A stretch of 64,000 nucleotides of DNA from Planctomycetota bacterium (GTDB taxonomy: Bacteria; Planctomycetota; UBA1135; UBA2386), in the NCBI GenBank assembly GCA_965662465.1, contig CBFIIO010000012.1, positions 6,714 to 70,713 of the forward strand, written 5' to 3'. This document shows, in pieces, positions 8,995 to 16,886 of the stretch. Positions within the stretch are counted from its first letter, which is position 1; each line of letters starts with the position of its first letter. Position numbers and translations under genes: made by a program. The notes beneath the pieces were generated by a model. The model had not been told where the DNA came from. It saw nothing but the letters and a program-made list of their open reading frames with translations, and made no database searches.

Positions 8995-10526
8995 TCCGTA
9001 GTGGTCGTGATCGTCGAGTTTGCTGCTGCTCCGCCAAACAAGAATACTTGACCCTGTTGATTGAAGGCGATCCCCGCAGCGGCTCGGCCAGTGTTTAGCG
9101 CCGGACCGGGTGAGAACGAGTTGGTTGCGAGATCGAAGATCTCGGTATCTGCCAACGGGACTGGGGAGAGGATGCTTCCAGCACCGCCACCAGCCAGGAT
9201 GTATCGCCCGTTACCTAGTGCCCAAGCTTTTTGATTCGCACGGGGCGTTGCGAGCGATCCCACTGAGGTCCACGTGTTGAGAGCCGAGTCATAGATCTCC
9301 GCAGCACCAGTTGGGTTACCTGGGTTGAAGGGCAGGATCGACAAGCCATTCATGCCACCGGCCATCAGCCACTTGCCAGGAGCCAACTCAACCGGATCCG
9401 CCAGTGCGCGCTCGGTAGCCATCGACGGACCTGAGCCCATTGTGTTGTTGGAAGGGTCATACAAATCGCATGACGAACGGACCGTTGGCAGCCAACCAAA
9501 GATGAAATTGGGCTCCCAGCTAGCACCGCCACAAAGCATGATTTTGCCATCGGGACGCTGCAGAGCGACATGCCCAGCACGTGGTTTCGACATCGGCGTA
9601 GCCGAGGTCCAAACATCGGCTACGGGATCGTAAATCTCCGTCGAGTCTACAATATCATTGATTGCCGACAACTGCGTTGGCGCAGTCGTCAAGGCGTCAA
9701 AGCCACCAGAAACAAAGATGCGGCCGTCGTCCAGCAAAGTGGCAGTATGACCCATTCGCGCCGAGCTCATCGAGGCAACCACAGTGAAGGTGTTCGTTGC
9801 TGGATCATACAGCTCACAGGATGCCTGAGGGTTATTGCCCGCATCCACGCCACCGGCCATCAGATACTTGCCGTTTTGCAACTCGGTCATCGTGTGCAAG
9901 GAACGCGGAGTCGAAAGCAGCGGGCCATAACTGAAGGTGTCGCTGATTGGATCGTAGATCTCAGTCGTGTTGGTCGCGACTTGAGCCAAGAGCTGTCCAC
10001 GCGCACCACCGATTACCAGCATGGTGCCATCCGGTCGCGGCAAGGCAGTCGCAAAGGCTCGCTGCTCAAACATGAACACACTGCGATCTTGGAACTCGCC
10101 CGAGTTACCAAAGTAGGCAACGCCACCATTGCTCAGACGATCGATGATCGTCGGCAACCACCTCAGTGTGAAAGCCTGGAAAAACAACGGCATGCCTGCA
10201 GCAGCCGGTTGCGCTCCCAAGGTCAACTGTTGGGTTCCGACTAGGTTCAGATCCGCCACGACCGGCCAAGCCAACCCAAGCAAATCCAATCCAATCGACA
10301 GCGAGCGGGGGTCCGCCGGATCAAAGATCTGGATCGGAGTCGGACCAGCGGTCGTCGACGGCACGATCAGCATCAATTCAAATGGGAACAGTGCTGGGTA
10401 AGCCTCTAAAGTCAACGTGCCCGGCATAGAACCGCCAGTCACGTCGAGTTGGAGAGACTGAGCTGTTAACGGCGACAAAGCAGCCATTAGCAGAGACGAG
10501 GCAAGAAAGTGACGGCAAGCAATCAT
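8979..10526 (-). CDS. secreted Kelch-repeat beta-propeller protein
   Basis: Signal peptide MIACRHFLASSLLMAALSPLTAQS. About seven ~50-aa repeats carry the Kelch GG doublet (VIGGARG, LMAGGVD, FVSGGFD, LCGGAS, LMAGGMNG, ILAGGGAG, LFGGAA), with recurrent E(I/L)YDP strands. Confidence 0.75.
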   Translation of the reverse strand: MIACRHFLASSLLMAALSPLTAQSLQLDVTGGSMPGTLTLEAYPALFPFELMLIVPSTTAGPTPIQIFDPADPRSLSIGLDLLGLAWPVVADLNLVGTQQLTLGAQPAAAGMPLFFQAFTLRWLPTIIDRLSNGGVAYFGNSGEFQDRSVFMFEQRAFATALPRPDGTMLVIGGARGQLLAQVATNTTEIYDPISDTFSYGPLLSTPRSLHTMTELQNGKYLMAGGVDAGNNPQASCELYDPATNTFTVVASMSSARMGHTATLLDDGRIFVSGGFDALTTAPTQLSAINDIVDSTEIYDPVADVWTSATPMSKPRAGHVALQRPDGKIMLCGGASWEPNFIFGWLPTVRSSCDLYDPSNNTMGSGPSMATERALADPVELAPGKWLMAGGMNGLSILPFNPGNPTGAAEIYDSALNTWTSVGSLATPRANQKAWALGNGRYILAGGGAGSILSPVPLADTEIFDLATNSFSPGPALNTGRAAAGIAFNQQGQVFLFGGAAANSTITTTTEWYHF

Positions 10527-10925
10527 TGGGGACTCCTAGGTTGCCTAAAATTATGCACCAGAAAGCGGCTCTTAGGGATCCCCAAGACGAGCAAAATCCC
10601 AGCCATCTCAAAGCCAGCAATTTTGCCAAGCGGAGCAACGTAACGAATAGCACACCCTTTGATTACTGGATGAGCGACCTAATAAGCCCAAGACGGCCAA
10701 TCTGTCGATCATGCGAATGACCTGCCAACCGGCAAGATTGACCATACCATCGACCCACTGGGCGACAGCTGTGACCAAGTCACAAGCCGAAAAGACGACG
10801 GTCTACTTCCCAATTCGTAACTACTTCTCACTGCGAACTTAGCCCAAACGAGCGGTGCTAAGGCCATCATGACGGGACGCTAAAGCCTTGCATGAGCTGA
10901 CGTTTTCGCGAGGATCTCCACAAAC

Positions 10926-11489
10926 ATGCCCATCTACACTCGCACCGGTGACGAAGGTCACACTGGCCTCTTTGGCAACCGCCGCGTGCCAAAAGACGAC
11001 ATACGGATCACCGCCTATGGCACCGTTGACGAGCTCAACGCGGTTCTGGGTCTGATTGGAGCTGAAATCGACGCATCGTCTACCTCTGAGACAACCCCAA
11101 CCCGCCCCCAAATAAAATCGATCCAAGACGCCTTATTCGAGATCGGAGCGGACCTAGCGACCGAAGGCGGCAATGCTTCGGTTGCCAGAGTCGAGAAGGC
11201 GACGATCGAGTTAGAGGGCTGGATCGACTCATCAGAAGAGCAACTCCCACAGCTGAAGACGTTCGTCTTACCCGGAGGTGGCAGAGTCGGTTCGCTCCTT
11301 CACCTGGCGCGCACGGTCACCCGACGCGCCGAGCGCTACTACTGGACGCTACGTCGAGAAGTAGCGGCGACGCACCCGGTGCCAGATGCGATTGGCATTT
11401 ACCTCAACCGGCTCTCCGATCTTTGCTTCTCATGGTCACGACTGGCCAATCAAGCATCGGGGATAGCCGATATACCTTGGACGCGATAA
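10926..11489 (+). CDS. pduO: ATP:cob(I)alamin adenosyltransferase, PduO/MMAB type
   Basis: N-terminus MPIYTRTGDEGHTGLFGNRRVPKDDIRITAYGTVDELNAVLG is the characteristic PduO-type signature. The 187-aa length fits. Confidence 0.9.
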   Translation: MPIYTRTGDEGHTGLFGNRRVPKDDIRITAYGTVDELNAVLGLIGAEIDASSTSETTPTRPQIKSIQDALFEIGADLATEGGNASVARVEKATIELEGWIDSSEEQLPQLKTFVLPGGGRVGSLLHLARTVTRRAERYYWTLRREVAATHPVPDAIGIYLNRLSDLCFSWSRLANQASGIADIPWTR

Positions 11490-11594
11490 GGGCGTTCGCT
11501 AAAGGCGCTCCAGCAGGCAATTCGAACGGCTTTTACAGTCCTGCTCGAAACAGATCTGCGGCCAAGTTCGTCGCAACGAGCAGCGCCAGACAAC

Positions 11595-11620
11595 GCTTGT
11601 TGTCCAAGCTTGTTGTCCAA
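11595..11620. repeat. perfect 13-bp tandem duplication (gcttgttgtccaa x2)
   Basis: Read directly: 11595-11607 is identical to 11608-11620. It lies in the spacer between convergent genes. Confidence 0.9.
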
Positions 11621-11686
11621 CTCAGATGCTAGCCAGAAGGCATTGGCCAAGTGAAGCCGTCACCAGCCACATCTAGCCACCATGCT

Positions 11687-11752
11687 GTTCGAGTCTATGC
11701 TGCTTGAGTATCTGCTGCTCGAGTATCTGCTACTCGAGTATCTGCTACTCGG
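11687..11752. repeat. 15-bp tandem repeat, about 4.4 copies (consensus gctcgagtatctgct)
   Basis: Units at 11687-11701, 11702-11716, 11717-11731 and 11732-11746, plus a partial unit at 11747-11752. The last units carry the palindrome ctcgag. The array ends 1 nt before the stop (11754-11756) of the minus-strand ORF. Confidence 0.9.
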
Positions 11753-11753
11753 C

Positions 11754-12077
11754 TTATACCGGCCCGGCAGCCGTGCGGCCGAGGCGGCAAGCGCGGCGCA
11801 GCCACATCATCGCCCGCTCGACTTCGCGAGGGCCCGTGACCGGGATCTCAACGAACTCGCGGGAATGCGGGTCACCGTCGTCCGGCATGCGCTTCGCACC
11901 GATGATTTTCAGGGCTTCGGTGACCTGCGGTGGAGCGAGCTTGACAACAACGCCCTTCTTACCGAGGTATGCGAACACCTGGCCGCGAACTAGGAAGCAG
12001 TCCTTCCCGTCTTTCTTCTCGCGGGTGACGTCTTTCCAGGCGCAGAGTCGCTCGACAATAGTGGCTAGTGGATCCAT
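11754..12077 (-). CDS. small conserved-looking hypothetical protein (107 aa)
   Basis: ATG-initiated ORF with balanced composition (MDPLATIVERLCAWKDVTREKKDGKDCFLVRGQVFAYLGKKGVVVKLAPPQVTEAL...). The pattern resembles small alpha/beta proteins of the YjbR/TfoX-N/DUF5519 kind, but I cannot place it. A larger + strand ORF (11704..12195) overlaps it and looks non-coding. Confidence 0.5.
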   Translation of the reverse strand: MDPLATIVERLCAWKDVTREKKDGKDCFLVRGQVFAYLGKKGVVVKLAPPQVTEALKIIGAKRMPDDGDPHSREFVEIPVTGPREVERAMMWLRRACRLGRTAAGPV

Positions 12078-12250
12078 TGGGCGAAAGAGTATACCGACGA
12101 AGGCCTCATTCCGCCAGCGCGGCGACAGCTACAGTCGTCAAAGAGACGCCCCTGGGGCACCTGTCAGGCCACAGAAATCACCGGAACTCTTTTAGCGCAA
12201 AACAGCTAGGCGCTGGCCAACCTAGGAATAATTAACCCTACAGGATCCGA

Positions 12251-13183
12251 TCAACGGCGCCAGAGCATGTTTTTCGTGACAAGCCACATCATCGCTGGGT
12301 ACTCGTCGAGACGCCTCCGCAGGTATTCAATCGCAAGCTCCCAACCAAGCGCAAATGGAACATACAAGCGAGCCTGGACGCCTTGACGCATGATGTCAGC
12401 TAAGAACCGATCGCGCGGAACACCATACAGCATCTGTATTTCGAACCGATCTGGCCCAACCCCCACTCGCGGCACGACCTCCTCGAGGAAGCGGCGCACG
12501 TAGGCCACATCATGCGATGCAAACTCAACAAAGTGGCCACGCTTAAGCAGACGCTCGGCGCAAACCAGCATGCGCTCTTTCATCTCTGCCTTCTGCGTCA
12601 GGGCAACTTGTGACGGCTCCTGGTAGATGCCGATGACCAAACGGACGCGCATGCCCTCGGGCAGGTCGGCAATGTCTTGTTCGGTGCGATGCAGTCGCGT
12701 CTGCAGCACGCAACCCACATTGCGCAGGCCTTCGGCGTGCATCACTCGAAGGGTCTCTAACGTAAAGTCGGTCCACTGACGGCCCTCCATGTCGATAGAT
12801 ACCTGGACGTCAGCAGCAGCTGCCTTTCGGGCGATGTCTAGCATCGCTTCACGAGAGCCTGCCGCATCGCCGCCTTCGTGCAGCGGCGAAGTCGTGTATG
12901 ACGACGGCTTCAGAGACAAAGTTGGCCTATCTGCGGGAGCCATCTTCGCAGCCGCATCCACCATGTCGAGATAGGCCTGCAGGTTGCGTTGCGCCTGTTC
13001 AGGAGCCTTGATGTCTTCGGCTAGCAAATCAAGCGTAGACACTAACCCCATGTCCTTACGCAACTTGACGACGACCTGCATGGCCTTAGCCAAGGAATCG
13101 CCGGCCACATAGGGCTTCGCAAAGAAGCGCACCATAAAAGCAGGGATGATTCGAATGAGAGGATTCACTGCACTGCCGATCAT
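12251..13183 (-). CDS. monofunctional proline dehydrogenase (PutA-like PRODH domain)
   Basis: The 310-aa TIM-barrel pattern is typical of stand-alone PRODH: LDLLAEDI, VSIDMEG, VLQTRLHRT, RLVIGIYQEP, EIQMLYGVPRD, LYVPFA..WELAIEYLRRRL. Confidence 0.85.
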   Translation of the reverse strand: MIGSAVNPLIRIIPAFMVRFFAKPYVAGDSLAKAMQVVVKLRKDMGLVSTLDLLAEDIKAPEQAQRNLQAYLDMVDAAAKMAPADRPTLSLKPSSYTTSPLHEGGDAAGSREAMLDIARKAAAADVQVSIDMEGRQWTDFTLETLRVMHAEGLRNVGCVLQTRLHRTEQDIADLPEGMRVRLVIGIYQEPSQVALTQKAEMKERMLVCAERLLKRGHFVEFASHDVAYVRRFLEEVVPRVGVGPDRFEIQMLYGVPRDRFLADIMRQGVQARLYVPFALGWELAIEYLRRRLDEYPAMMWLVTKNMLWRR

Positions 13184-13296
13184 GCCAAGCGATCGCCTAA
13201 GATGCCACCTGACTTCGAGTTGCCTCAGGTGCCGATTACATCGGACCGATAAGACGGAAGGAGAGGAAGTCGCCGGGTGGCGATCAAAGCGAAGCT

Positions 13297-15018
13297 ATGC
13301 GCATCACATTACTTGTTGAGATTGCGGACCAAATCAGAGGTGGCGGCAAGCTGGCATTGGAAAATGCCAACTCACTGAGCCGTAACGGACACCAAGTCAC
13401 GGTAGTAAGCCGATCTACGCCACCGGACTGGATGAAGTTGGAGTGCCAATTTTTACAGGTCTCGGACTTCCGCCCGGCAAACTTACCCGATGCAGACATA
13501 ATCATTGGAACGCACTGGAGCACGGTTCCCTGGATTGCTAGCGCGGGCCCAGCAAGCGGTAGACCTGTGCACTTATGCCAGGGATACGAGGGCGACAACC
13601 CAGAAAACGAAGCGGTGCGTGACCGCATCGAAGCCACCTATCGCCTACCTGGTCTGCACCACATCACGATCTCCCCGCATTTGACCGCATTGCTTCGGGA
13701 TCGCTTTGGCATCCGCGCACATGAAGTTCGCTACGTAGTTGATCACGACATCCATAAGCCAACCCATAAGCGCGTGGCCCAATCCCCGCTTCGTGTCGGC
13801 CTCGTTGGCCCATATCAGGCCCCGCAGAAGGATCTGGCAAGCGGCTACGAAGCTTGCCATATCGCCCATAAAGCTGGCCAGAATCTGATTCTCGTTCGGG
13901 CATCCACAACGCCTCCAGCACCGGAAGAAGAACAGGACCTACCATTCCCAGTTGAATGGCATCAGCAACTGCCTCCAGACCAGATGGGGGATTACTACCG
14001 CTCACTAGACATCTTCTTGGCTACTAGCAGCGGCGCAGAGGAAGATTTCTTCCTACCGGCCATCGAAGCAATGGCCTGTGGCGTGCCATCGATACTCACC
14101 GACATCCCGTGCTTTCGTAATCACGAGAGGCTCGTTGGTCATAATCGCTACGCGCTCTTCGTCGATCCAAAAGATCCGACAGCAATGGCCGAATCGCTGG
14201 TCTTGGCCGGTGCACTCCCCGACATTCGAACCGCACTACGCGCAGGCGGCATTGAAGTCGCAAGCCACTACAACTCAGAATGTCACGGCGAGCAACTAGA
14301 GGCAGCACTGCAAGAAATCGCCACCACAAGCACCGAGCAGCGAACCGCTGAGCTGCAGTTGCTAGCAAGAGATACGCAGACCCATCAACCAACAAACAGC
14401 TTGCCCCTGACCACCGACTACTTGGCTGATCCTGACCAATCGAGCGACTACAAAGACTTGCAAGACTACGCTGCGACGTCTCGCGATCTGGCATCAGACA
14501 TAGCGGCACTAACGAGCAAGGTCTCGCAAGAATATGCGCACGACGATGAAGACCACATCATGCGTCTGCTGAATGACCTCAAGGATATTGCGCAACAAGA
14601 AAAGGTGAGGGGCCATGACCGCAATGCCGCTCGACTGCTTGCGGCAGCACAATGCCTCAATGACAACAAAGAAACTGACGTTGCTTCGAGCACAACATCG
14701 CGCTTAACCAGAGGAAACGCCGAGCAAGCACTAAACCTTTACGATGAGCGACTCAGCTCAGGCGAAGACAGTGAAGAGCTGCATACCGGCCGTGGCAACG
14801 CACTACATGCGCTTGGTCGAATTCAAGAAGCCGCCCAGGCATTTCGTGCGGCGCTCGCAGTTGGCACACGCACGCCAGATAACTACAACCGCCTCGGAGT
14901 GGTCTTGTATCAAACCGGTGATCTAATAGCAGCTCGACAAAGCTTTGAGCGAGCGCTCGTGCTCGACCCACACCACGTCGACGCACAAGCTAATTTGAGC
15001 ACGATGCCGGCAGCCTAG
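13297..15018 (+). CDS. GT-B (GT4-like) glycosyltransferase fused to C-terminal TPR repeats
   Basis: N-terminus MRITLLVEIADQIRGGG..NGHQVTVV and E-x7-E region EEDFFLPAIEAMACGVP. C-terminal TPR units are GRGNALHALGRIQEAAQAFRAALAV and YNRLGVVLYQTGDLIAARQSFERALVLDP. Confidence 0.75.
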   Translation: MRITLLVEIADQIRGGGKLALENANSLSRNGHQVTVVSRSTPPDWMKLECQFLQVSDFRPANLPDADIIIGTHWSTVPWIASAGPASGRPVHLCQGYEGDNPENEAVRDRIEATYRLPGLHHITISPHLTALLRDRFGIRAHEVRYVVDHDIHKPTHKRVAQSPLRVGLVGPYQAPQKDLASGYEACHIAHKAGQNLILVRASTTPPAPEEEQDLPFPVEWHQQLPPDQMGDYYRSLDIFLATSSGAEEDFFLPAIEAMACGVPSILTDIPCFRNHERLVGHNRYALFVDPKDPTAMAESLVLAGALPDIRTALRAGGIEVASHYNSECHGEQLEAALQEIATTSTEQRTAELQLLARDTQTHQPTNSLPLTTDYLADPDQSSDYKDLQDYAATSRDLASDIAALTSKVSQEYAHDDEDHIMRLLNDLKDIAQQEKVRGHDRNAARLLAAAQCLNDNKETDVASSTTSRLTRGNAEQALNLYDERLSSGEDSEELHTGRGNALHALGRIQEAAQAFRAALAVGTRTPDNYNRLGVVLYQTGDLIAARQSFERALVLDPHHVDAQANLSTMPAA

Positions 15019-15151
15019 TGAAACGTCAGGGGCGTCAAACAACCCTCTGAACACCAGCGGCGCGAGATGCCCGCTGCACCGTCAATCAGAGCGCATTCAG
15101 CAAAGCTGCGTGGATGCTACTCACCATAGCTGAAGGTGTATTGCACCGAGA

Positions 15152-16270
15152 CTAGCCATGGGCCGTAGCAACCTCGCCGGCATCCCCAGCCTCAGGCGGT
15201 AGCTCGGCAGCAAGAGCTATGACTTTTTCCTCAGCGTCGTCAACATCGCAGGAATCCCAAAGGACATCTGCTAAGCGGGCATGCACTTCCTTGCGAGGAT
15301 CACGCAATACTTGCTCAAGCAACGACAGCCCCTCCTCGATTGGCATGCGGGTCTGCATCAGCGGATGGTCCTTCGCAGACGCAACCCACTTCTCATCAGA
15401 AAACGGGCGGTAGCGACAGAAGAAGTCCAAGTGCCAAGGCAAGAACCGCATGGTTCGTTCACGACCCTTCTCATCCTCACGAAAGTGCTCTTTGAGTTTC
15501 TTGGTGAAGTCCATGTAAACCCCAAGTCGCTCTTTAGCAGTTGGCTCCCAAGCCTTCTGCTCGGCGATCTCGCGGAAGATCCAAGGCTTGATCAAAGCAC
15601 CGCGACCAATCATCACAGAGGCGACACCACTTTCCTGCCAGCGATCGCGCACTTCATACCAAGTCAATAAATCGCCGTTACCGATTACCGGCACGGTGCG
15701 TTCAGCTGCGATCGCAGCGATCGCATCCCAATCGGCCGCACGCGAGTAGCGCTGGTCCTTGGTGCGCCCGTGAATGAACACCGCCTTCGCTCCAGACTCC
15801 TCACAAACGCGGGCTACTTCGCTAGCATTCTGTTCTTCCGTAGACCAGCCGAGCCGAATTTTGACCGTTACCGGCACCGAGATGCCGGCAACCATGCCCT
15901 CGACCAATCGCGCCAACTTCTTCGGCTTCCGCAAAAGGGTCGCGCCCATGCGGCGCTTGACGATGTCGTGAATTGGACAACCGCAATTTAGGTCAACCCA
16001 ACTAGCTCCTCTGGCGACAGCTTCTTCGCCGGCACGGACAGCGTCATCAATTCGCATAGCTGCGATTTGGGCACCAAAGCATGACTCATCGTCATGCTTA
16101 CGCAGCAATGCTAGCTCGCTGCGACTGCGCTTAACGATCTGATAGGCATACGCCATCTCGCCCATAGTGACGTGGCAACCGTGCTCCAGACACAATCTAC
16201 GGAACGGCAGATTGCCGCCTTTCGTCAAAGGAGCGAGAAAGACACGGTTACGGAAGTCCATTGCGATCAT
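15152..16270 (-). CDS. tRNA-dihydrouridine synthase, Dus3-like
   Basis: FMN-dependent Dus fold motifs: FLAPLTKGGNLPFRRLC, catalytic-Cys loop DLNCGCP, HGRTKDQRYSRAADW, GNGDL, MIGRGALIKPW, and C-terminal RFLPWHLDFFCRYRP. The ORF track starts at GTG 16285; I use the first ATG at 16270. Confidence 0.85.
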   Translation of the reverse strand: MIAMDFRNRVFLAPLTKGGNLPFRRLCLEHGCHVTMGEMAYAYQIVKRSRSELALLRKHDDESCFGAQIAAMRIDDAVRAGEEAVARGASWVDLNCGCPIHDIVKRRMGATLLRKPKKLARLVEGMVAGISVPVTVKIRLGWSTEEQNASEVARVCEESGAKAVFIHGRTKDQRYSRAADWDAIAAIAAERTVPVIGNGDLLTWYEVRDRWQESGVASVMIGRGALIKPWIFREIAEQKAWEPTAKERLGVYMDFTKKLKEHFREDEKGRERTMRFLPWHLDFFCRYRPFSDEKWVASAKDHPLMQTRMPIEEGLSLLEQVLRDPRKEVHARLADVLWDSCDVDDAEEKVIALAAELPPEAGDAGEVATAHG

Positions 16271-16340
16271 GCTGGCTGTTTGCACACTCGCTTTCCATCG
16301 CTGCTATCTTAGATCTGCCACTCTCGGCACACTTACAAAC

Positions 16341-16886
16341 ATGCAACTGTCTCAACTGATCGCCTCAGGTCTACTGATCACGGCATTCGGAATTTTCTGC
16401 AGCGGTGACGCAACCGATGAAATTCCTGACAAAAATGACGTGAGTGCGACCGCACCAAACCTCGCGACGCAAATTCCTCTGGAGAGCAAGACAACTGCAA
16501 GCGGACATTACGTGCTCGTAGTCGAAGGCAACCGCAATGGCCTGGCGGTGACATTTGCTCGCAAGAAGGCTGACCAATGGGCCGGGATTCCCAAGGGCCT
16601 GTCGAGCAATTGGCGGGTGTCGATTCTCGACGACAAACGCCAAGAGCTTGCCAGCATTCCGATAGATGTCAGTTCTTTTGCAACCGACGCCCAGTCCGTC
16701 GGCCAGCCACCACGTGTGCAGGGATGCATGGTAGTAGACTCAAAAATTGGCTTGCTGCTAAATGTGCCAGCATTCGCAACAGCAGCGAACTACGTATTTT
16801 CTCGCTCCGAACCAAATGGCGAAGTTACCAAACTAGGCACAACCAGCGGACCAGCTGTTCGCGAACTTGCAGGAGGTGGACGATGA
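16341..16886 (+). CDS. hypothetical signal-anchored/secreted protein (181 aa)
   Basis: ORF track 16167..16886 would overlap dus. The internal ATG at 16341 gives MQLSQLIASGLLITAFGIFCSG (hydrophobic N-terminus). Its stop overlaps the next gene's ATG (ATGA at 16883-16886). Confidence 0.5.
   Translation: MQLSQLIASGLLITAFGIFCSGDATDEIPDKNDVSATAPNLATQIPLESKTTASGHYVLVVEGNRNGLAVTFARKKADQWAGIPKGLSSNWRVSILDDKRQELASIPIDVSSFATDAQSVGQPPRVQGCMVVDSKIGLLLNVPAFATAANYVFSRSEPNGEVTKLGTTSGPAVRELAGGGR
16871..16876 (+). promoter_or_regulatory. Shine-Dalgarno (AGGAGG) for the M64 peptidase gene
   Basis: aggagg lies 6 nt upstream of the ATG at 16883, inside the 3' end of the preceding ORF. Confidence 0.6.

Noticed and set aside
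9570-10244. Long ORFs antisense to confidently assigned genes. Examples are 9570..10244 (+) in the Kelch gene, 6503..6985 (+) in the sulfatase, 26057..26566 (-) in htpG, 38021..38419 (-) in the OMF gene, 40975..41454 (-) in permease 1, 49538..50017 (-) in the Met-rich gene, 51881..52435 (+) and 55616..56083 (-).
   Set aside because: They lie opposite genes with strong family motifs. Their composition is skewed (Arg/Ser/Pro/Cys-rich) and they carry no motifs. These are typical shadow ORFs of moderately GC-rich DNA.
13206-13231. Inverted repeat CACCTGA-N12-TCAGGTG in the divergent promoter region between the proline dehydrogenase and glycosyltransferase genes, as an operator.
   Set aside because: It is a single 7-bp inverted repeat with no adjacent regulator gene and no second copy. 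This is too little evidence to call a regulatory site.
16167-16882. 5' extensions offered by the ORF track: 16167..16340, 16577..16882, 48138..48203, 2096..2131, 37254..37310, 19589..19630 and 46052..46156.
   Set aside because: The extensions overlap upstream genes or precede an internal ATG that yields a proper signal peptide, lipobox or SD, or an ATGA coupling. I chose the shorter forms, but the starts remain unverified.
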